Positions 26,001 through 35,400 of a DNA stretch of 64,000 nucleotides are shown piece by piece; position 1 is the first letter of the stretch, and each line of letters opens with the position of its first letter. A program made the position numbers and the translations under genes. The stretch is from Saccostrea echinata (lineage: Eukaryota), in contig NW_026889769.1 of assembly GCF_033153115.1 (NCBI RefSeq), positions 3,658,001-3,722,000 of the forward strand, given 5' to 3'. Under the pieces are notes generated by a model. That model worked only from the letters and a program-made list of their open reading frames with translations, had not been told where the DNA came from and made no database searches.

Positions 26001-27605
26001 GAAAGTTCCTTCAACTGTACAGAAAATATAAATTGTTACTCTTATCAGTAAAAGAATAATGTCAAAACACATCTCACCAGTAAGACTATTATAAGACCTG
26101 CCAGTGCCTCTTTTTTGCCATGCTCCATCAAAACTTACAACAATGCCATCCTCTTGAGAATCAGTTCTACAAGAAATAAACCATAAAAATGATGGTCATA
26201 GCCAGTAAAACTTACAGATAGCATGTGCAACAAGTGGTCACTCACAAAGGGTGCTCTACATTCTAAAGTACATGAATAGTGGAAATTCTGATAAATTATT
26301 GTGTGTAATTTCCTGTATTCCTATGCAGTGCTACCAAAATTCTATGAGATAATTGCAGACTGTATATAATATAGTATCAAGAAACATTTACATTTTTCAA
26401 ATATTTTCCATAAGATACTTTGCTAATTTAAAAAGGTTCATTTTCTCTTGAGCTACTATGGAGGAGTATGAATATATCCACTTTGACGTCATAATACCGT
26501 ACTGACATCTAACTATAGTGCAAACTGTTTTGCTTCAAAAATGATAGTTGAATAAAAGAAATTTGTGGAAAGTCTGGCATATAAATAAGTAGTAGACTTC
26601 ATAAAATATGCCAGAATGAAGGGTAATAGTTTATGTTCTCATAATTTCTCTAATACTATCAGTACATATATCAATTCTTTGTGTTTCTAAATGAATTATC
26701 CATGTTTATACTTACAAAGCTACTTCAGTTGCCAGATTTCTTGAACATGATGCAGTTGCCATTCTCTCAAGCTTCTCTCCAACTTCCCTTTCTCTCTCTT
26801 TTAAGTTTTTATGACATATTCCAGGAATATTGAGCATTGCCAGAAGAGTGTTAACATGGCTTTCTCCAAACCCTCCATTGACCATACCTATGTTGCACAT
26901 AAAATATATATGTGTTAGACTATAAAACCATAAATACAATATGAAATTGGATAGAAATATTTGATGTAATAGCAAATCTAAATGATCCACTTTTGTCTAT
27001 TGTATTATTGAACTAAATGATGCAATATTGGAAGTTTTAAACGACAAATTATCATGTTATTTTACACTGGCCATCTTACCTGCTGCTAGTTTTGTATTGG
27101 CATCCCATGCCAGTCCCCCTTTTTCTGTCCGATGACGGCTTCCTGTGGCAACGTCGTTTACTAGCTGACAGCTTTCACACTTAATTTCCAAGATCTGGGA
27201 AAGTCCAAACTTTCGTTCGTTTATGCAGTTATGTAAATGTAGGGGGGACTGGCAAAGCTGACAAGCCCTTAACCCATCTGCAAGAACGCTCAGTTCCACA
27301 ATACGTCTACCCACCCGCCAATCATAGCTTTTACCGTTGTCTATAGAGGGATATCCATCATCACACACAGTCACTTCTTCCTCTACACCAAAATAATCAT
27401 GATCTAAGTGCACGAATTGTTCACATTCAGTGTGATCAATGTTATTCCGGTCACCTTCCGAATGAATCGGTGGTAAAGGTTCACCCCTGTTCTTGGCTAA
27501 GCGCGCTAACAAACCTTTTTTTAATCCAAGTACTTTTTTGCTATGTCCTCGCTTGGTAAATTGTCCGTTTTTCTTACGCAGCAGATGTCCGTTTTTGGCG
27601 GACAT
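23043..27605 (-). CDS. DDE transposase fused to a DEDDh 3'-5' exonuclease with PML/Plex9-like C-terminus; 10 exons, about 885 aa; 1-nt frameshift in exon 7
   Basis: Exons (minus): 27605-27080, 26887-26716, 26166-26078, 25974-25766, 25679-25409, 25253-25031, 24861-24778 (84 nt, 85 needed), 24390-24216, 24089-23955, 23815-23043. Transposase motifs: CxxC..CxxC, VSFDGAWQKRG, KCRIC..H.C..NW.GSAKSME, MDNDS, CDSNH, GSTQSNESFN..KAPK. Exonuclease motifs: FFDLETGGL, GHNIQNFDLPIL, AHNAMADV. Confidence 0.88.
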
Positions 27606-27695
27606 TGTAAATGCATAGCCGGACTTTAACTACCGCTAACTAATATTAAAAACGATAACGGCATAAATATTCCGGAATATTACTCGTGATGCTGA

Positions 27696-27703
27696 TGACG
27701 TCA
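27696..27703. promoter_or_regulatory. CRE-like palindrome TGACGTCA about 90 bp upstream of the transposase ATG
   Basis: Exact 8-mer in a CpG-richer stretch upstream of 27605. The motif also occurs elsewhere in the window, so function is unproven. Confidence 0.3.
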
Positions 27704-28103
27704 TACGACAATCGAAACACCTTAAACTTTACTTTGACCTATATATAAAGATTGATCAGTGCCTTAAATATAAAATAGAACACATACCGGATGGTGTTGG
27801 TGCGTTTATTGAACCGGGCCATATTGTTTTAGGATTGTTTCTGTGTCCTGTTAATAAGTCTGCATGCAACTTTGACACAAAAGAAAACTTCATGTTTGGT
27901 CAGATTGTCCCTGATTACTTTAAGACTAGAGAATATGCTATGGCCTTGAACTGAAATCATTCGAGGAAAGCCAATATCATATATAGATGGGCAATGTTAA
28001 ATTCGATTATGATCCTTGATGACAGTCATGATTTACTACAGAAATTTACATAGCAAGAAAAGCGGAAAACCATAGTGATGGCCTTGCCCAAACTCACAAT
28101 ATT

Positions 28104-28478
28104 CACAAGATGACAGGAGTTCGAAGACTAAGTCAGTGTCATATATGTAATTTTGTAAATGAGAAACAGTTTACTTTAAAATTGCTGATGAGTATGGTGT
28201 ATAAAACGTTGCTTTATTCGAAAATCTTGTGAACTAATATTCAAAATCTTAATTGTTGTGTATATTCAAAATCGCCATAGATGAGGGTGGAGTATCATAT
28301 ACCTGAATTGAGGTCATATGAGGGTCAATATTTACAATGTTACCTCCAATAATTGATTCTTAAAAGATTATCATTCAAATGATCGCCAAATTAATTAAAA
28401 CGTGCCTAGTTGGTCACATATACATTATATTTCTGTCAGTTCAGTCTCGCGTTGAATTATTCTCCTGTCATCTTGTGG
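28104..28478. mobile_element. MITE
   Basis: 16-bp perfect TIR CACAAGATGACAGGAG / CTCCTGTCATCTTGTG. Confidence 0.7.
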
Positions 28479-28617
28479 ATGGAAATGCAAAACGGGGAAA
28501 AATTGAAAAAAATCTAACGAAAAAATACTTTTTTTTCTACAAAAGAACATCATAAATCACTCATTTTTATGTTCAATTATTTCATACAGTTGTACTAAGC
28601 AATAATTCATACATAAT

Positions 28618-28918
28618 CATGCGCGGATCGAGAGGGGTCGGGGGGGGGGGGGTCCGGACTCCCTCCTCCCCCCGGAATTTGCAGTTATTAAATGTACATA
28701 CTAAACCAAAAGTGACCTTGGACCCCCCCCCCCCCTAGAAAACGCGGATTTGTGTTAAGTTGGTATGGAAAGTCATAGGTATGAACCTTTGGAAGTGAAC
28801 ACGCCCTCCCCCCGAAATAGGTTTATCGAGTGTAGGTTTTTTTTTTTTTTTTTTTGCTTGTCAAGAAATTTCTGGATTGGATTTTTTTTGGGGGGGGGGA
28901 TTCCTGGATCCGCGCCTG
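28618..28918. mobile_element. Poly-G/C-rich MITE
   Basis: TIR CA(T/G)GCGCGGATC(G/C)AG; ATAAT on both flanks. Confidence 0.65.
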
Positions 28919-29493
28919 ATAATTATGAAAGAGAATTACGAAGTAATTTTTTCAAAGCTGTTTTTAAATGTCTCTTAAACATACCATTTTTTTAAAAAAA
29001 TGATCCGCTCCTTTATTTCTATTCAAGGGCAGATCACTCTAAACGATACACAAAGCAACATGCAGCATGATCCACTTGATTAGCCGGTATTTCACATTTA
29101 CACTGTTTATTTTCTACTTGAAACACTGAAAACATTTATGAGTTGAATCATTAGGTTAACAGAATTACTGACGGCTAGAGCTAGGTAATGTCCCTTAGCT
29201 GCTATGCAACTTCAATTCGAATTTTCTCAATGACAAAGATGCAATGTGCTGTATGTCGATTGCGCTATTTATTAAGTAGGACTCCATTGATGCCTTTTTG
29301 TCTTTATGATTAACAGCAACTGTTTGGGTTACAGTATGTGTGATGCCTTGAAGCCACATATGCTGAAGACGTGTTCATTAATCATATCGCTAATAATAGA
29401 AATTCTAGTTTCCTTTTATTTTTAGGGACATGCCGTCGCACTAATGATCATTTGACCTTACACCGCCAAAGTAATAAGAAATTTTTCAGCACC

Positions 29494-32400
29494 ATGAACC
29501 ATAATTCAGTCCCAAAAAGAGCTAAAATGGACGATCTGGGAGAATTTGACAAACTTTTTCCTGAGTTGCTGGAATGTCTGAATGAAGGATGTACAAAAGA
29601 AAAACAGTTAGACAAAGTATTTGCATGGTTCAGAGAGGTAAATATTATTAATGGCATGTTCTGTGATCAATACATGTTGTTTGATTTTACAAAATATAAT
29701 TTGTGGCATCTTTATTCCCAGGTATCGGAGTATAATGTTCCACATGGCAAGAGGAACAGAGGTCTGTCTGTCATTGCTTCATTAAGATGCTTGAAAGAAA
29801 TAGTTTCAGAGGAGGAAGAAAAATTAGCCAGAGTGTTAGGATGGTGTGTGGAGTGGGTGAGTTACATCAGAGACATATAATAGAGACATATAATCTCTAT
29901 TATATGTATGTCTATTATATGTCTCTGGTTACATGTACTGAGTACATAAACACAGATTTTGACATGAAAAATTATCAACTGACAAGGATTCAAATACATG
30001 TACTCATCATGCTCATGTATATATACTGTAAGCTACCCAAGGGGTGGCTAGTATTTCTGAATCCTCAGTATGTATACAGGTCATTGCTTCATCATCTAAA
30101 TAAATCATCTATTTACCAGGATGCACCAATTTAATTTGTTCTCATGTAAAATAGACCAGGCTCTTCTCTCTGTAGATACTTAGTGGAATAATACTTAAGA
30201 TGATGATCAGTCATGCTTATCATTTATTGTACGTACAGCATCTCATTATCATAACAATATAGGCAATACACAAGTAACAACATAAGAAAACATAGCTGAT
30301 TCTTCAGAAACACAAGTTTAGGTCGTCCAGTGTGGTAGGAGATTTCTAACTAGGCTAATTACGTGTAATTTACATTATAAGTATCTCACCGTCTTAGCTT
30401 TCTTCTTTATCTTTTTAAATGTTGCCGCCGTACAACTAGCTGAAATCTGTCGTAACGTAGTACGCGCTTGCTTATATAACCTCCTATCCCCTGTCACATG
30501 ACACAAATTATCCAATGAAAATATGCCGTACGAACTATCAACCAATCAACAGCTTGTACGGGAAGCTGAGTTCCCACACAAGTTCCCACACAGAACTACT
30601 TTTGCCACACAAGCTGCCGTACAATATCGTAACAAAAATAACAACGTAAAAATAACAACTGGAAATAGAATACATAAAATAAACTTGACTAGACGAATAA
30701 ATTAATACCTTCAATGTTTATAAAACATTCCTAGGTTGTACAATAGGTACTAAACAAAGTAGCGTATGAATATCGTAACTACCAACGATAGCGTAAACAA
30801 ATGTAGTTCCGATTAAGCTGACTGATAATAAAGTTAATGCTGACAATAAAGGACTACTTATAGCCTCAAAATACACAACAACTCAAATTAAAATGTAGAA
30901 TCTGATCCAATATTCATAACTTGAATCATAGATTACTATAGTAAATATGTCACTAAACCGGAAGTGACGATCCGAGTAAAGTATGATGGCTACCAAAACA
31001 TGAAATGTAAAATCCACCCTCTTATCCCTGATATTATAAATCCTACGACTTTACATGAAGCAACAACAGGTAAAATATGATGACAATAGCTATTTCTACA
31101 ATCGTATCAAGATAGGCTGACATATTATTTTCAATAAAATCGTAAATGAACAACTTTTCTGGCAGGCACATGATGAACATAGATTTAACAAGTAAGAGAA
31201 CTGGACGACCGCACAATATTACGTATAAAATAAAGTGATATATTACAATATATTACACTCCCCACAACTTAATTACAAAATTCTCCTGAATTTGAAATTT
31301 ACATCAACTCAACATAGCATTAACAGTCTTTACAGATTTTAAAGTCTGATGGGAATGTTCTTAGAGTCTATAATTGCAAGAAGGTCATCAGTGGAGCGGT
31401 CCCTAAGAGCACAAGATCTCTCAAGCATCTTTACCCAGGTCGAATCCCCATTGTCTTCGCTAACTATTGTCTTCAGTTGTTCATATATGTACCGAGCCTT
31501 TCGAACAATTTGTTCCTCCTTTTTCCCAATCTTCTCTACTGTGCCCGGAAGTGCGAGGAAATTGAACTTGTCTAATAAATCCACACGTTCGATACTGGAA
31601 CTTCTTGTTGGGTCCATCTTCTGTTGAATGGTCATGGAAGTGAATTCCCAAGATAGAAGCTTTCTATCAGATGACATCCCCTGCCAGTCCTTTGGAGGCC
31701 ATAAAATACTGAGATCTTTCAACTTCAGCGTAATCTGTTCTGTGCCCCAGTCCCTTCTTGCTGGAGGAAATAATGGCAAACATCCACGTTTTAGGAGGTT
31801 GAGGGCCCTTTCTGACATACTTGCTCTGGGTTTATTACTAGAAGAAGATTCTTTCACTGACTGTGAGGCTGGCTCAGATGGAGTTTCTGCTATGGCTGGT
31901 GCAGTGAGAGCAGGGGTTGGGCTTGAACATCTGATTTTCTTTGCGGGAGGACTGTTGTCATCTGCCTCTGTCGTTGTATATATCATGTCAAGGTAGTTCT
32001 TGTCAAGGCCAGCAAATTTCAATAATCTGGACTGGAAGGTAGGTGAACTTAATTGCACCATCTTAGTCTGGTCAACCTGAGGGGCTTCATTCCTCTTCTG
32101 TACCGACATCTTCCTTGAGAGACTGGCTACTCCTTTAGCGTCTGTGAGGATGGCATCTCTTATATTCATCTTAAAGATCTGTCTGCCCTGGCCTATAAAC
32201 AAGCAAATTTTCCCCAACATCAGGGAGACGTGTAGTATCTCCATCTCTTCTATCTCAGGGGCAGAGGGCGTGTAGCATATAGTTGGTACATGTATGTCTA
32301 GGGCTTCTTCATCATAGTCAGGTTGAAATAGAGCTTCTGGGGTTGGGGCCTGTGTGTGTGTGATCTTTAACTTGTCCCATCCTCTCTGCCACTCATCCTT

Positions 32401-35400
32401 CTTTCTGGTTGTTCTTCTTGTGGTGGAAAGCCATTCCAAGACTAAAACTCTAGCATGGGTGGCAGAGGTACTCCCCCATTCTGTTCCGTTGACCAAGCGA
32501 CTATATCCTTCTGGGTCGAGGCTGAACCACACACCATTACTTTCAGAAATCAAGTCAGATGGGTATTTGGCGAGCTGGTGAGGATGTGTTGACTTGATGT
32601 GGCTCCTGAGGTCTGTGACTCTTTTATATGTTCTTTCGTCAGGGCACCAAGGACAAACAACTCTCATAGTTCCATGTGTAGGCATCATATGGTTCTTGAG
32701 GTCTCTGTTGGAGGGAAAATTCAGGTGGCATATCCAGCACTCCATTACAATAGTCTAAAATCAAAGTAAATGGTTGTTAAAGGGGAGTTCATGCGTCATC
32801 TTACATCGTCTTATCTTCTTAAAGAGTTTCTTTGTTGTTTAAACTAAATAGGAAATCATAACATCAACACTTCTACTTCTGAAGTTAGCTACCACATGCA
32901 CTAACATCTACATCTAAATCTCTAAGAGACTGGTTAGAACAAGACATCAAACATCTATAGGATTCAATGTGTGATGTGTACCAGGTAGTAGGTCCACGTC
33001 TATAATACTGTCTTATAAACGACTTGTTAACCATCTCTTTCAACATCTTTGGGAGAAGAGTTCTGGGTGATCAGGCCAGCTCTATCCCAATCTCAATGGT
33101 GCACCAATCTCACATCTACCATCTACATAAACATCTAAGTATGACTTCTTAAAAGTAACTTGAAACATAGGAATACAAAACAACATCTGAAGAAACTTCT
33201 ATGCTTTATTTAAAATTTTCTTAAACCAGTTAGGGAGGGTTTTTCCTTTGTAGGGCATTAATCTGTCAACATGATAAACTTTTGCTGGTTTCCGAAGTGT
33301 TCTTTGCACGAGGTAGTTCAAATCATCTATTCGTTTGGTGATGAGGTAAGGACCCTTCCATTTTGAAGTTAGTTTTGGACACACCCCAACTTTCCTGGTA
33401 TCATCATACAACCAGACAGGTTGACCTCTTTCTAACAGTTGTTTCTTTGCTTTAAGATCATAGTGGCATTTATTATATTCTGTACTCTTTTTCAGATGTT
33501 CCCTGGCCAGGGCATGAACATCAATCAAAGTTCTTTGTAGCTCATCTATGTACTCATTTGGTTCTATGCCATCATCTGTCTGACTGGGAGGTTTGCCAAC
33601 AACTGCTTCTAGGGGTAGATTAACATTTCTGCCTAACATCATGAGATTTGGTGTTGTATTGATACTAGAGTGTATGGAAGCTCGGTATGCCATCATGACT
33701 TGAGGGAGATACTTATCCCATATTTTCTGGTTGTGCTCGCAGTACATAGTCAACATAGTAGCTAAGGTACGATTGAAGCGTTCCACACTGCCATTAGCTT
33801 GAGGTCGCATACTACTTGTCCTAGTTTTGTCAATATGGAGAAGTTCACACATTTCTTTAAAAGCTTTAGACTCAAAATTTCTTCCTTGATCAGAGTGGAC
33901 TTGTAAAGGTGTACCAAACCGGCAGACTATTTCATTGACAAAAGTTGTAATAACAGTTTCAGCTTCTTGATCTGGGATAGCTATAGCTTCGGTCCATTTA
34001 GTGAAACAATCAATCATGACCAGAATGTATCTGTTACCTTTTGTAGACTCGGGAAGAGGTCCCAAAATATCTAGAGCTATCCTTTCCATTGGTTCTCCAA
34101 CTATGTACTGTCCTAATGGTGCTCTGTTTTGTCTTTGGCTGGATTTACGAGCAGCACATAAATCACATTTTTTACAATATCTTGCAATTTCTTTTGACAT
34201 TGATGGCCAGTAAAATGAATTTTTTATGCGGGACGTGGTCTTCTCAGCACCAAGGTGGGCTCCTGTGGGAACATCATGAAAGTAATGAATAACCTCTGAT
34301 CTCTTCTGTTTTGGTACAACTAATTGTAATATGACCTTGTTTGTATCCACATCTTGGAACTCTCTGTATAACAGACCATTGATGACTTTAAGTCTATCCC
34401 ATTGTCTCCATAAGGTTTTGAATGCCTCAGAATTGTGTGATATGACATCCCATTTTGGTCTTACAGAACCATCTGTCAAGGCTAATAAAAGCATGCCCAT
34501 AGATTGGTCTTCCAGTTGCATCTGTCGAATTTCATCCACCCCCCATCCCTCTAGTATTACTTGGTTTCTGAATTGGCATTGGGCTATTTCTTTACTTCTG
34601 GTTGTCACTCTAATTGTTGGGATGGATTCAAGACCTTCACTTCCATTGCATTTTTCATCATCGCTATTGTCACTGTCATCTTTGTTTTGTTGTTGTCTTA
34701 GACATGGTTTGCAAGGATTTCTCGACAAGGCGTCTGCATTTTGATGACTTCGCCCTGGGCGGTGAGTAACTGTAAGGTCATAAGTTTCGATCTCTTGAAG
34801 CCATCGTACTGTTTGACCAGTGGGGTTCTTCAAGCTTCTGACCCAGCTGACAGCAGCATTATCAGTGCGAAGTAAAACCTTCTGGCCATAGAGGTAGGGA
34901 TGAAACTTCCGAAGGGCAGTGACAACAGCTAACAACTCTTTACGTGTGACACAATAGGATTGCTCATGGCGGTTCATTGTTTTACTCATATAGGCAATTA
35001 CTCTTTCTTTGCCCTCTTGATTCTGAGACAAAACTGCACCAACAGCTTTATCGCTGGCATCGGTATCTAGTGTAAATGGTAGTCCAGGTAATGGGAACCC
35101 AAGTATTGGCGAAGTTGTAAGAGCTGTTTTGAGGGTGTCAAATGCATTCTGACATTCAGGGGTCCATAAGAACTTTGTCTTTTTCTTGTATAAATCATGG
35201 AGGGGCTTTGCTATCTCTGCAAAATTCTTCACAAATCTTCTGTAGTAAGAACAAAGTCCAAGGAATGATCGGATTTGTCTTTCATTCCTTGGAATTGGCC
35301 AGTTTTTGACAGCTGATATTTTCTCAGTATCTGTCTGGATACCCTGTGAAGAAACTATGTGACCTAAGAATTTGACTTGTTTTTGGAAAAATATACATTT

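Larger units (their letters stand above)
22614..27763 (-). mobile_element. Putative DNA transposon (Kolobok/Mutator-like DDE class) carrying the transposase-exonuclease gene; boundaries tentative
   Basis: Encloses the spliced gene at 23043-27605. Candidate ends TTAT|GGCATT... and ...AGTGCC|TTAA give only a short imperfect TIR and a TTAA-like target. Confidence 0.5.

Noticed and set aside
27690-27720. CTGATGA...GAAA resembling a hammerhead ribozyme core
   Set aside because: Stem II does not close directly on GAAA and stems I/III are missing; better explained as a TGACGTCA site.
30523-30705. 60-aa ORF duplicated at 38677-38859
   Set aside because: It is duplicated only because it lies in the LTRs; there are no recognisable motifs.
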